Shown one piece after another: positions 1 to 9,346 of a DNA stretch of 64,000 nt. The notes below the pieces were generated by a model that did not search any database, was not told the origin of the DNA, and saw nothing but the letters and a program-made list of their open reading frames with translations. The position numbers were made by a program, and so were the translations under genes. Each line of letters opens with the position of its first letter. Position 1 is the first letter of the stretch. This DNA comes from an uncultured Gammaproteobacteria bacterium (GTDB lineage: Bacteria > Patescibacteriota > Microgenomatia > UBA12405). The stretch is from NCBI GenBank assembly GCA_964503465.1, contig CAZCYZ010000004.1, positions 16,235 to 80,234 of the forward strand, written 5' to 3'.

Positions 1-72
1 TAAACAAGTACAAGAATTTGTGGGTAATAGTCAGTAGTTACCACGACGTAAATAGTGTTGTTAGAATATCCC

Positions 73-687
73 ATGTGTGGTCGCTATGCCCTTACCCCCG
101 GTGAAGATTTTTTTGATCGATTTTGCCTCGATCCTGATTATGAACGAGGTGGGGATTTTGACCCAAACTTCAATATCGCTCCCGGGTCACTCACTCCTGT
201 TATTACCCAAGACAATCACAACAATCATCTTAGTCTAATGCACTGGGGTTTTATTCCTGCCTGGGCCAAAGACTATAAAGTCCATCACGGGATGATCAAT
301 GCCCGAGCCGACTCAATTGCTATCAAACCATCTTTCAAAAAATCTTTTCAACAACGTCGTTGTCTTGTTCCTGCTAATGGATTTTATGAATGGAAAAAAG
401 ATCATCAAACCAGTACCCCTTTTTATTTTACCCTCAAAGATCAATCCCTGTTTGCTTTCGCCGGATTGTGGGACGAGTGGTTGGACTCCAGTGGCAAAAA
501 ATTTCAATCCTACGCTATTATTACCACCGATCCTAATTCATTGGTTGAACCTATCCATAATCGTATGCCCGTCATTCTCAAACCGGAGGATGAAGCCGTT
601 TGGTTAAATGACGCTACCCCTCAAAGTTCCCTCACTTCACTTCTGACTCCTTATCCTCCGGAGCTAATGACTTTGTCTTCTATCTAG
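73..687 (+). CDS. SOS response-associated peptidase (SRAP/YedK/HMCES family, abasic-site crosslinking)
   Basis: Translation begins MCGRYAL... The N-terminal Met-Cys-Gly-Arg with catalytic Cys2 is the hallmark of the SRAP/DUF159 family, and the length (about 205 aa) fits. The start was trimmed from the ORF-track 55 to the ATG at 73. Confidence 0.8.
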   Translation: MCGRYALTPGEDFFDRFCLDPDYERGGDFDPNFNIAPGSLTPVITQDNHNNHLSLMHWGFIPAWAKDYKVHHGMINARADSIAIKPSFKKSFQQRRCLVPANGFYEWKKDHQTSTPFYFTLKDQSLFAFAGLWDEWLDSSGKKFQSYAIITTDPNSLVEPIHNRMPVILKPEDEAVWLNDATPQSSLTSLLTPYPPELMTLSSI

Positions 688-732
688 TTTGTCCTCATTG
701 ATCTTCGTGTTTTGTTCGGGTAGACTGTCGTT

Positions 733-993
733 ATGCATCTTAAGGTTGATGTCCCCGTTGCCGTTACTTTTGTTTATGATCCCAACGGGGCCAAACTAAC
801 TCCTCAAAAGGTTCGTTGGGATGGTCGGGAATATGACATCACTCGGGTAGGTCTTCATCATCATTTTCGAATTGGTCGTACTCTTCACCACATCTTTTCT
901 GTTGTCTCCCGGGACACTTTTTTCCGTCTCAATCTCAATACCGACAACTTATCCTGGCGGCTCGAGGAGGTCTCTGATGGACTACCCGACTGA
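733..993 (+). CDS. hypothetical small protein (86 aa) upstream of a Y-family polymerase
   Basis: Complete ORF between the SRAP gene and the dinB-like gene, in a cassette-like arrangement. No recognisable motif. Confidence 0.3.
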   Translation: MHLKVDVPVAVTFVYDPNGAKLTPQKVRWDGREYDITRVGLHHHFRIGRTLHHIFSVVSRDTFFRLNLNTDNLSWRLEEVSDGLPD

Positions 994-1024
994 TTTGCCT
1001 TTCAATCCAAAGCCATCGACCATC

Positions 1025-2236
1025 ATGCACATCGATCTTAATTCCTGTTTTGCCACTATCGAGCAACAGGCCAACCCTTTGCTTCGTGGACGTCCCATTG
1101 CTGTTGCCGCCTACACTACTCCCAATGGTTGTATTCTTGCTCCCTCTGTTGAAGCCAAAAAACTTGGTGTCAAAGTTGGCATGCGGGTCAAAGAAGGTAA
1201 GCTCCTTTGTCCTAACCTTCAAATTCTTTCCCCCGACCCATGGAAGTATCGCAACATTCATGTTCAACTTCGCGATTTAATTTCCCGTTACACTGCCAGT
1301 TTCGCTCCCAAATCTATCGACGAGTTTGTTCTAAGTTTTGAAGGTTATCCGGCTTTCAAAATGGGTCTTCATCAAGCCGGTCAAGAAATCAAAACCAAAA
1401 TTAAGCAAGAAATCGGGGATTGGTTAACTGTTTCTATCGGTATTGGTCCAAATCGATTTTTAGCCAAATTGGCTGCAGGTATCAAAAAACCCGATGGTCT
1501 TGAAGAAATCAATCTTGATAATTATCAACAAGTCTACTCTCGACTTACCCTGGTTGATCTAAACGGTATCAAACATGCCAATGCTGTTCGTCTCAATAAC
1601 GTTGGTATCCATACTCTCAAAGATTTTTATCAAGCCCCAGTTGATCAGCTTCACTCTGCCTTCAAGTCGGTTTTGGGTTATTACTGGTATCTTCGTCTTC
1701 GTGGTTGGGAAATTGATGATGTCGAATTTGGTCGTAAGAGTTATGGCAACATGTATTCACTCTCTACCACCCTCTCCGAGCCCGAAGAACTGTCCCCCCT
1801 ACTCCACAAGTTGGTCGAGAAATGTAGTTTCCGTATGCGTCGGGCTGGTTATTCCGCCAAGGGAGTCCATGTCGCCCTTCTCTATCGTGACCATTCTTTC
1901 TGGCACCACGGCTCTGTTCGTCCTCTGCCCCTGTTTAACGCCAACGACATTTATAAATACGCCTATCGCATCATGGTTTATTCTCCTTACCGAAAACCAG
2001 TGGCCAACATCTCCGTCTCTCTGTTTAATTTACAGAAATCTGACTTTTCCCAACTCGATTTATTCAACGAACTGACCCGAAAGATTAAGCTCACCCAAGC
2101 CATTGATGGTATCAACGAAAAGTGGGGTGACTTTGTTATCACTCCGGCCATTATGCTTGGAACCGAAGACAAAGTCCCCGACCGGGTAGCCTTTGGTAAC
2201 ATCAAAGAACTCGAACAGTTTGTTTGTACTGATTGA
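1025..2236 (+). CDS. dinB: Y-family DNA polymerase (DinB/Pol IV-like translesion polymerase)
   Basis: N-terminus MHIDLNSCFATIEQQANPLLRGRPIAV matches the Y-family HVDMDCFFAAVE block, and SIDEFVLSF corresponds to the catalytic SIDEAYLD Asp-Glu pair. The start could alternatively be the ATG at 977. Confidence 0.8.
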   Translation: MHIDLNSCFATIEQQANPLLRGRPIAVAAYTTPNGCILAPSVEAKKLGVKVGMRVKEGKLLCPNLQILSPDPWKYRNIHVQLRDLISRYTASFAPKSIDEFVLSFEGYPAFKMGLHQAGQEIKTKIKQEIGDWLTVSIGIGPNRFLAKLAAGIKKPDGLEEINLDNYQQVYSRLTLVDLNGIKHANAVRLNNVGIHTLKDFYQAPVDQLHSAFKSVLGYYWYLRLRGWEIDDVEFGRKSYGNMYSLSTTLSEPEELSPLLHKLVEKCSFRMRRAGYSAKGVHVALLYRDHSFWHHGSVRPLPLFNANDIYKYAYRIMVYSPYRKPVANISVSLFNLQKSDFSQLDLFNELTRKIKLTQAIDGINEKWGDFVITPAIMLGTEDKVPDRVAFGNIKELEQFVCTD

Positions 2237-2532
2237 GACCTCTGATAAAATCAGTCGTGGAGATTGAAGATCTGGACAAAAGAATCAAAGAGATTGAAAA
2301 ACGCAATCAACGCGTAGAAATAGATAAAGCTTGGGAAACAAGTTTGACCAGAAGATTACTACTTATTATCTTTACCTATCTTAGTATCGGTTTATACATG
2401 AACGCCATTGGTGTCCAGAACCCTTGGCTTAACGCTGTTATTCCCTCACTTGGTTTCCTGCTCTCAACTCTTACCTTGCCATTCTTTAAGAACCTCTGGT
2501 TAACCAAAATTTATAAATATGTCCGAAATTGA
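2233..2532 (+). CDS. small membrane protein (2 TM), stop/start-overlapped with the dinB-like gene
   Basis: Charged N-terminus followed by two hydrophobic helices. The start overlaps the stop of the upstream gene by 4 nt. Confidence 0.4.
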   Translation: MRPLIKSVVEIEDLDKRIKEIEKRNQRVEIDKAWETSLTRRLLLIIFTYLSIGLYMNAIGVQNPWLNAVIPSLGFLLSTLTLPFFKNLWLTKIYKYVRN

Positions 2533-2579
2533 ACGAAAGTTCATCCAACACATTGTCTCAGTGATAATGAAATAACTTT

Positions 2580-3365
2580 ATGGAACAATATCTAGAGTTT
2601 GCAAAAAAATTAGCAAAAAAGGCTGAAGAAATAGCCCTAAAGTATTTCAGTTTTGAAATTGAAAATACCTGGAAAAAAGATAATACCCCATTAACTCAAG
2701 CTGATACAGAAATAAATGATTTGGTTATTAAAAGAATTAATGAAGAATACCCAGAACATAGTATTTATGGAGAGGAAAAAAGCGAGAGGAAAGAAAATTC
2801 AAAATATATTTGGGTTTGTGATCCGATAGATGGAACAATGGCTTTTTCTTGTGGCTTACCTATATTTGTTTTTTCCATAGCCCTAGTTGATCAATCAAAT
2901 GGTTTGCCTGTTCTAGGACTAATAAACGATCCAATAATGAAAAATATGTATTGGGCTTATAAAAACAGTGGAGCATATAGAAATGGCCAAAAAATATCGG
3001 TGTCGACAAGTAGCGATCTAACGAATACGTATTTAAGCACTGGGGCATCGGGAAGAGCAGTAGGTTTTTCAAACTTACCACTAATGAAAACTTTGAGTGA
3101 CAGGAAGTGTGCGGTAATGAGGTACCCTTCTTTTATTTACGGAGGCATCCAGGTAGCTAATGGAAAATATATTGGGGCAGTGTTTTACTCTAAATCTGGT
3201 CATGATGTGGCGGCATTAAAAATTATTACTGAAGAGGCCGGGGGAAAAGTTACGGATTTGAACGGGGAAGAGAGAAGGTATGACGAAGATGGTCTGGGTT
3301 GTGTTGTGTCGAATGGGATATTGCACAATGAATTACTGAAAATTGTTAAGTCTGGAAAAGTATAG
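2580..3365 (+). CDS. inositol monophosphatase family protein (IMPase/SuhB/CysQ-like)
   Basis: WVCDPIDGT motif (the DPIDGT metal-binding signature) and overall IMPase-like length. The gene lies in an AT-rich island. Confidence 0.8.
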   Translation: MEQYLEFAKKLAKKAEEIALKYFSFEIENTWKKDNTPLTQADTEINDLVIKRINEEYPEHSIYGEEKSERKENSKYIWVCDPIDGTMAFSCGLPIFVFSIALVDQSNGLPVLGLINDPIMKNMYWAYKNSGAYRNGQKISVSTSSDLTNTYLSTGASGRAVGFSNLPLMKTLSDRKCAVMRYPSFIYGGIQVANGKYIGAVFYSKSGHDVAALKIITEEAGGKVTDLNGEERRYDEDGLGCVVSNGILHNELLKIVKSGKV

Positions 3366-3403
3366 ATTTGGCAAGTATGGTAGTTTTAAAGGTATAATTT
3401 GGT

Positions 3404-3904
3404 ATGGAACTTAGTGTAAGAAAAATAGCTAAGTATGTTGTGGCTTGTGTTCTTTTTGTTCCAATTTTTTACGTAGTAATTCCTCTTTGGTTAATCCATA
3501 TTGGTAATAATTTTGGTATTCCCATCCTTTCTTTCCCTGGTCAAAAAGTTATTGGGGCCATGATTACTTTAATTGGACTAGCATTATTCCCTTACTGCTC
3601 GTTGATATTTTTTAAGTATGGAAAAAGAACGCCACTATTCACCGAAACTAAAGGTAGTTTCTTTAAGAAAGGTCTTTATCAGTACACCCGAAATCCGATG
3701 TATGTAGGCCATGTTTTAGTAGCCTTGGGAATTTTTGTGTGGAATGGAAGCCTACTTCTTCTTTTGTACACCCTTGCCGGTTGGTTAGTTTTACACTTGT
3801 ATCTAATTCTTGTCGAAGAACCTCAACTAAAGAACAGATATGGTAAGACTTACGAAGAATACAAATATTCAGTCCCTCGCTGGATTGGACTGATTATAAA
3901 ATAG
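3404..3904 (+). CDS. ICMT/PEMT-family membrane methyltransferase (isoprenylcysteine carboxyl methyltransferase-like)
   Basis: Polytopic protein whose C-terminal region reads YQYTRNPMYVGHVLVALG, matching the ICMT/PEMT xRHPxY...G block. Confidence 0.6.
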   Translation: MELSVRKIAKYVVACVLFVPIFYVVIPLWLIHIGNNFGIPILSFPGQKVIGAMITLIGLALFPYCSLIFFKYGKRTPLFTETKGSFFKKGLYQYTRNPMYVGHVLVALGIFVWNGSLLLLLYTLAGWLVLHLYLILVEEPQLKNRYGKTYEEYKYSVPRWIGLIIK

Positions 3905-4083
3905 GCCTTAACGGTTCACTGCCTTCGATATTTCACCAGTGAGAAATAATGGTTAGAACCATTAGGAAAGATGATCGTCCAAATCTCACTTTGACCAGTT
4001 GGTCAAGGGAAATTCCGAAATAGGCACAAATAAATACCACCTTGTTGGCAACAAATGAGAGTATGAAAGGTATAGTAACAGTA

Positions 4084-4653
4084 TCAAGTGACAACCCTTC
4101 TCCGGATGACCAGTAAAATACAAAAACACAGAGTCGCAATTAGGGAATAGGTGGGGAACATTGCTGTTACCAAATTCATTTCTTGCAAAGACAGCAAGAT
4201 GAATCCTTGACGGACCATACCTAGTACCCAAGTAAAGAGAGTTTCTTGTCTCGGTTTGGCCCACGACTTGACGAAAGTGGGCGCAAAGGAAAGGGCATCA
4301 ATGAAAACCACCAGTACCATTGACCAAATTGGCTGGTCAACAATTAACCATAAGGTAATTGCCAATATAGCCATAATTAACGAGGCAATGTCGACCTTTT
4401 TAATTTCCCTAGTACCGTTCTTGAGACTAAACACAAATAAAACCAAACAAATTAAACCCATAGCGAAGTTTGCGTATGATCCTGCCCCAGCACCTTTACT
4501 CCATTGCAATCCAAAGGCGATAAATGATACCAGTGTCCACAGAAACCAACTGATTACGTGTGGTTGGGTTTTCCCTGATATGGTATCTTTAAGGTAGGGA
4601 ACATATCCAATAAATGCCATCACTATCGTCAATATTCCCAACACTTGCTTCAT
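4084..4653 (-). CDS. polytopic membrane protein, function unknown
   Basis: 189-aa protein with 5-6 predicted TM helices. Another ORF (3933-4139) overlaps its 3' end in a different frame, so a frameshift is possible. Confidence 0.35.
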   Translation of the reverse strand: MKQVLGILTIVMAFIGYVPYLKDTISGKTQPHVISWFLWTLVSFIAFGLQWSKGAGAGSYANFAMGLICLVLFVFSLKNGTREIKKVDIASLIMAILAITLWLIVDQPIWSMVLVVFIDALSFAPTFVKSWAKPRQETLFTWVLGMVRQGFILLSLQEMNLVTAMFPTYSLIATLCFCILLVIRRRVVT

Positions 4654-4764
4654 CCAGGAATTATAACAAATACACTTTGTGGTGATCGGCCCCGAGGACG
4701 ATGTATGACCATACCAGAATTTCTTCTGTGATTTGGGACACCAACCAAGCCTTATACTAAAGAT

Positions 4765-5328
4765 ATGTTAGACGCACTCATCCAAAAAATAATCCGAAAG
4801 CGATCTGAAACTGTTGTTGGTCGTGTTTTACCATATCTTGATAATTCTAAAAAAGTTATTGATATTGGTTCCGGTACCGGTGACGTTGCTTATCTTCTTA
4901 AACAACAAGGAATAGATGTCACCCCAGTTGATGTTGCTGATTTCCATGGCCCAAGGTTGGTGAAACCGGTTATTTACGATGGTAGTAAACTTCCGTTTCC
5001 TGACAAGTCCTTTGACATTGCGTTATTACTGATGGTTCTTCACCATACCTCTAACCCGAATGTGGTTTTTTCCGAAGCCGCCAGAGTAGCTAAAGAAATT
5101 ATTGTTATTGAAACCTCTTATACCACCCCAATAAACCGATGGTTTACTATCGTTTCCGATGCCATCGACAACCTCCAAAATATCCATTGGTCATCTTATA
5201 AAACCGACCAAGAGTGGCAGAAGTTTTTTAGGGACAAGGGATTTCAGATTGTTGAAACGCATCGCTATCACGACCACAACTTTGGTCTACCGTTCCTCCA
5301 CATTGCTTACCATCTTAGGAGAAAGTAA
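4765..5328 (+). CDS. class I SAM-dependent methyltransferase
   Basis: VIDIGSGTGDVAYLL glycine-rich motif I, followed by an acidic motif II. Confidence 0.65.
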   Translation: MLDALIQKIIRKRSETVVGRVLPYLDNSKKVIDIGSGTGDVAYLLKQQGIDVTPVDVADFHGPRLVKPVIYDGSKLPFPDKSFDIALLLMVLHHTSNPNVVFSEAARVAKEIIVIETSYTTPINRWFTIVSDAIDNLQNIHWSSYKTDQEWQKFFRDKGFQIVETHRYHDHNFGLPFLHIAYHLRRK

Positions 5329-5329
5329 T

Positions 5330-5965
5330 TTATTTCTTTCTCTTTCTAAATTTCACCCAGACAACATATACCGTCAAAGAAATATAAGCAATTACCCAAC
5401 TTACGACAGTAAATGTCACCGCATTTCTTATTCTCAAAGAGATTAAATACCAGATAACTGTTGCCGGTATCATCCCCAATGTTGATACTACAAAATAGGG
5501 GATAAAGCCCAACTTGGTTAACCCGAAGGCATAAGAGATCACATCGTGAAACTCTTTTAGAAAAAGTCTAAAGACAAATAAAGTTTGTAAACCGTAGTTA
5601 CTTGCCAGTTCATCAATCTTTTCTAAACCGTCTTCACCTGCTAATTTTTTTACTACTCTTCGTCCCCAAATCTTAGCAATCCAAAAATTAGTTATAGATG
5701 CCAACACCGCCGCTGTAAATGCATAAACTACCGACATCTGGCCATAGACATAAAAACCGGCAAACAAAAATGGTGATCCGCTTAGCGGAGCGGCCACATT
5801 GGTAACCCACAAAAAGAAAATCAATAGCATCACCCCCAACGGTCCGGCGTCCTCAATAATTCTTCTAATAGTTTCTTCCGGCACTCTAGCACCAATGATA
5901 ATCATCACTAAAAACACCACCGCAATAAAAACCAGTGGCAAATAACTTTTCTTGATGGCCTTCAT
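5330..5965 (-). CDS. DedA/TVP38-TMEM64-like membrane protein
   Basis: About 210-aa polytopic protein containing the NVAAPLSGSPFLFAGFYVYG glycine/proline segment typical of the DedA family. Confidence 0.4.
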   Translation of the reverse strand: MKAIKKSYLPLVFIAVVFLVMIIIGARVPEETIRRIIEDAGPLGVMLLIFFLWVTNVAAPLSGSPFLFAGFYVYGQMSVVYAFTAAVLASITNFWIAKIWGRRVVKKLAGEDGLEKIDELASNYGLQTLFVFRLFLKEFHDVISYAFGLTKLGFIPYFVVSTLGMIPATVIWYLISLRIRNAVTFTVVSWVIAYISLTVYVVWVKFRKRKK

Positions 5966-6903
5966 AACATTAACTTCCTAATTTCTTCTTCGATATCCGC
6001 CAGTTTCCTTAATTTTTCACTTAATCCCAAGTTGTCTTTTTTCATCAACAAGGTCTGGGCTTCGCCCAACATATCCGCCTGACTGAATTTCAATTTACTT
6101 AGGTTTTCATTATATCTTTTGAAGAAGTTACCATAATCCAATGCTCTTTTAACTCCAAGCGGTAAGGCAAAACCGTTGAGAAAACCGATTTGATAATCTT
6201 TTAGCTCGTTTTTACTAACCAAATCAGCTAAGTGTTTGATCGCTTTACCGTTAATTAAAGCACCGTTGTCTTGTTCTTCCTTATTAGCTTTTTGGTAAAG
6301 CTCCCTAAACCAAACCATCGCTCGCTGGTAGATCTCTTCATCTGTTGGAGAACTGACTCTCGCTGGTTTTGCCCAGTAACGATAGTAACCTCTTTTGTAG
6401 CTGATATCATCTGCTTTCCAAGCTTTAGCTAGTTGATCTTTATTGATAAATACACGAGCAAACCCGGCTGGATCATTAACGTAAACTTTCTCACCCTCAA
6501 TTTTATAAGCCAAAACAAAGTGATCAACTCCAGGTGACTTTGGTCTATCCGGGTTGTAGTCCAAAAAACTCATGTCTAAAGGTCCAATCACCGCCGTTCC
6601 CTCTTTTACCATTTCTCCCAACTCTTCAAATGGAGCCTCACCCGATTCTTTGTTCTTTTCTTCAAATTGAAACCCAAGTATCTCCAGGGCCTTTGATATC
6701 CCCACGTCCGGCTCGCCAGCAACCCCACTAAAAAATGGCAACCCCGATCTTGAGGATACATGGCTACCCAAGCCGACACCGGTTAAGGGTTCAATTAGAT
6801 GTGGTGAAACGTCTTCTCCAATAGACCCCAACATCATCGCTGTTGAGTTGGCATAACAATACCAATAGCCATCAAAGAAGGGAATTTGGTTTGTACAAAA
6901 CAT
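5962..6903 (-). CDS. papain/C39-like peptidase-fold protein (BtrH_N/DUF4872-like)
   Basis: N-terminal YCYANSTAMMLG resembles the C39 dCGpAALAMIL Cys box, and the downstream VDHFVLAY resembles the His box. Confidence 0.35.
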   Translation of the reverse strand: MFCTNQIPFFDGYWYCYANSTAMMLGSIGEDVSPHLIEPLTGVGLGSHVSSRSGLPFFSGVAGEPDVGISKALEILGFQFEEKNKESGEAPFEELGEMVKEGTAVIGPLDMSFLDYNPDRPKSPGVDHFVLAYKIEGEKVYVNDPAGFARVFINKDQLAKAWKADDISYKRGYYRYWAKPARVSSPTDEEIYQRAMVWFRELYQKANKEEQDNGALINGKAIKHLADLVSKNELKDYQIGFLNGFALPLGVKRALDYGNFFKRYNENLSKLKFSQADMLGEAQTLLMKKDNLGLSEKLRKLADIEEEIRKLML

Positions 6904-6924
6904 TACTTATTGTATAACTAATCC

Positions 6925-7362
6925 ATGCCACCTATTTTTTCCAAAAAACTTTCCTGGTTTCTGTTAATTTCTCTTTTTACCTTTGATGCTGTTTTCTCTT
7001 ATTGGGCAGTTGTTTATCGGAACGCCCACGAAGCCAACCCGGCTATTAAAAATATTGTTGAGACCTACCCACTGCTTTATTTTGTTACAGTGCCCGGTCT
7101 TATCCTGATTATGTATCCAGTTTACAAAGGACTATCTCTACTTGCCGGTAAGTTATTCAAGACAGTTGATAAAGAAATAAGAGAAAAAGTTGTTTTAACC
7201 GCTCTAGTAATCTATTGGGTTCTTGGTAACTCATCTGTCAATTTCTCGTTTCTAGCTGGCCACAGACAACCAGCCTACGTTTGGTATTTGACTGCTATTC
7301 TGGCGATTGTCCCAGCTACAATTTATTCTCTTGTTTCCCTTAACCGTAATAATGAGCCATGA
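6925..7362 (+). CDS. membrane protein (4 TM), unknown function
   Basis: Hydrophobic 145-aa ORF; no motif recognised. Confidence 0.4.
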   Translation: MPPIFSKKLSWFLLISLFTFDAVFSYWAVVYRNAHEANPAIKNIVETYPLLYFVTVPGLILIMYPVYKGLSLLAGKLFKTVDKEIREKVVLTALVIYWVLGNSSVNFSFLAGHRQPAYVWYLTAILAIVPATIYSLVSLNRNNEP

Positions 7363-7713
7363 TGAAACACACCGTCTCCACTGGTGGGATAGTCACCAAA
7401 ACAGAAGCTGGTCAAGTAGAACTAGTTCAAACTACATCACTACTTTGAGACACTCCTTTTTTATACTGTCTCATTTGTCTCATTTAGGTACAAAGGGAGA
7501 GTAGAATGAGACAGGGTGTTATAGGGACAGAAAGGTTCCAGACCCACCTGCTCCGCCAAAGTTCGAATGTTCGCGATAGTTCCATGTGATATAGGTAATG
7601 CTATTCCCCTAACCAATAACTCGTTTGTTCCTGCTTAGCTTCAATTTCGTTCCAGACCCATGTCCTCGAGGGGGTGCGACTGATTGTCATACGCGATAGC
7701 AGTATAATTACCC
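7362..7713. promoter_or_regulatory. 352-bp noncoding spacer with TGTCTCATTT x2 / GAGACA inverted repeats and GTTCCAGACCCA x2, at a strand-composition switch point (origin-like)
   Basis: No ORF. Direct repeat tgtctcatttgtctcattt with an inverted partner aatgagaca; the 12-mer gttccagaccca recurs about 105 bp apart. On the + strand C>G to the left and G>>C to the right of this spacer. Confidence 0.35.
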
Positions 7714-8562
7714 ATGACTTGGTATGTATATGCCCTGATTCCCATGGTTTTGTATACGGTTTTCAATATATTGACCAGGGTAGTATTGAGGGACACTGAA
7801 GATACAAAAGCGTTTGCGGTGTTGTTTTATGGCTTAACGGCAATATTTAACTTAGGAATAGGAGTTTTTGAAACCATAGAAGTGGGATCAATTACTCCGT
7901 GGATTGTAATTTTAACCCTGATAGTCTTTGTAAACTGGGGGGTGTTTGGTTTCTTGGAAACAAATGCTAAAAAGTTTACTGAAATATCAACGTTTATGGT
8001 GTTGGTAAAAATTGGGACGGTATTATCGTTCGTATTATCGGTGATTTTTTTGAAAGAGACAATTACGGCAAGAAAGGTGGTGGCACTGGTGATTATGGTG
8101 GGAACAATGGTGGCGCTAATATTGAGAATTTATGGGTCAAGATTGAAGATAGATAGAGGTTTTGCATACTCGGCATTGTTGGGAGTAATACTAGGAATTG
8201 GTTGGACAATTGATAAGGTGGTGGCGGTGGCCTGGGGAGCAGTGCTGTACTCGGCAATTTCGAGTTTTAGCTCAAGTGCATTTGCCATGGCAGTGCCACC
8301 GATTAAGATTGGGTCGCTGAAGAGACAGCTTCGACTGGTAACTCCAATGTTTGTATTTTTGGCAGTGATTAACGCAGTGGCATACTATTTTTTTATGAAA
8401 GCGATGACAGTGGGTGAGGTATCGAAAGTAGTATTAGTGGTGACGTTAAATGAAATATTAACCATAGTTGGGGGAATATGGTTCTTGGGGGAAAAATCGT
8501 TTTGGCTGGAAAAAGTTGTGGCTGGGATAATAATAATCTCGGCATCGTTTCTGCTTTTATAG
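7714..8562 (+). CDS. EamA/DMT-superfamily transporter (10 TM)
   Basis: 282-aa protein with two 5-TM halves, one of four paralogs in the window. Confidence 0.6.
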   Translation: MTWYVYALIPMVLYTVFNILTRVVLRDTEDTKAFAVLFYGLTAIFNLGIGVFETIEVGSITPWIVILTLIVFVNWGVFGFLETNAKKFTEISTFMVLVKIGTVLSFVLSVIFLKETITARKVVALVIMVGTMVALILRIYGSRLKIDRGFAYSALLGVILGIGWTIDKVVAVAWGAVLYSAISSFSSSAFAMAVPPIKIGSLKRQLRLVTPMFVFLAVINAVAYYFFMKAMTVGEVSKVVLVVTLNEILTIVGGIWFLGEKSFWLEKVVAGIIIISASFLLL

Positions 8563-8872
8563 GGGCAAAAAGATTTTTGGGGCACCTGCTTTGCCAATGT
8601 TAGTTATCCTTGTTAGTTAAGGTAATCAACGAAATCGGAACAAAATAAGTTTTGTTAATATTGATGTGATGAATAAAGTAGTTTGGGGAAGCGTGATAAT
8701 GAATGTAACTTTAATGGGGATTGACATAGTGCTGACTGACCGAGCGTTAAGCAATGGTTTCGAGGAAACCATGGTGGCGTTGGCATTAATTGGGGGTTTG
8801 ACGACAGTGGTGGCAAATGCATTTTTGATGGCTAGATTGTATAAAAGACAATAAGCAGATTTATACTAAAGA

Positions 8873-9343
8873 ATGAAAATTTTGGTGGCTTATTATTCAA
8901 AAACTGGTAACACCCGGCGAGTAGCCAAGGAAGTAGCTAAAAGATTAGGGGCTGATATTGATGAAATTAAGGATTTAAAAAACAGAGACGGGATTGGGGG
9001 GTGGATAGGTAGTGGAGTGGATGCATTGAAAGAGAATCTAACAAAAATTGAGGTCAAAAAAGATCCAGGAGAATATGATCTAGTAATAGTAGGGACACCG
9101 GTGTGGGCGGGAAAAACTACTCCAGCAACAAGAACTTATGTAGTCGAAAATAAGAGTAAAATTAGAAAATTAGGAGTGCTGATAACTTCGAGTAACAGCC
9201 AGGCCGAGGAAACAGTGGCCGTGTTTGAAAAACTTTGGAGAGGAAAAATTAATAATTATCAGGGATGGACGAGGGAGGAGCTGAAGAGTGAGAAAATATA
9301 TGAAAGAAAAATGACGGAGTTGGTTAGTGGATTATCTAAATAG
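8873..9343 (+). CDS. flavodoxin-like fold protein (FMN-binding)
   Basis: MKILVAYYSKTGNTRRVAKEVA is the flavodoxin phosphate-binding T/SxTGNT loop. Confidence 0.7.
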   Translation: MKILVAYYSKTGNTRRVAKEVAKRLGADIDEIKDLKNRDGIGGWIGSGVDALKENLTKIEVKKDPGEYDLVIVGTPVWAGKTTPATRTYVVENKSKIRKLGVLITSSNSQAEETVAVFEKLWRGKINNYQGWTREELKSEKIYERKMTELVSGLSK

Positions 9344-9346
9344 GAA

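Noticed and set aside
7362-7713. tRNA, tmRNA or RNase P RNA in the long spacer (a GTTCGAAT T-loop-like string; a GGGGGTGCGACTG tmRNA-like 5' end)
   Set aside because: No flanking acceptor or T stems pair. There is no CCA-proximal tRNA-like 3' end. The P4 motifs (GGAAAGUCC / ACAGAAxCCGGCUUA) are absent. The tmRNA-like string runs straight into the next ORF.
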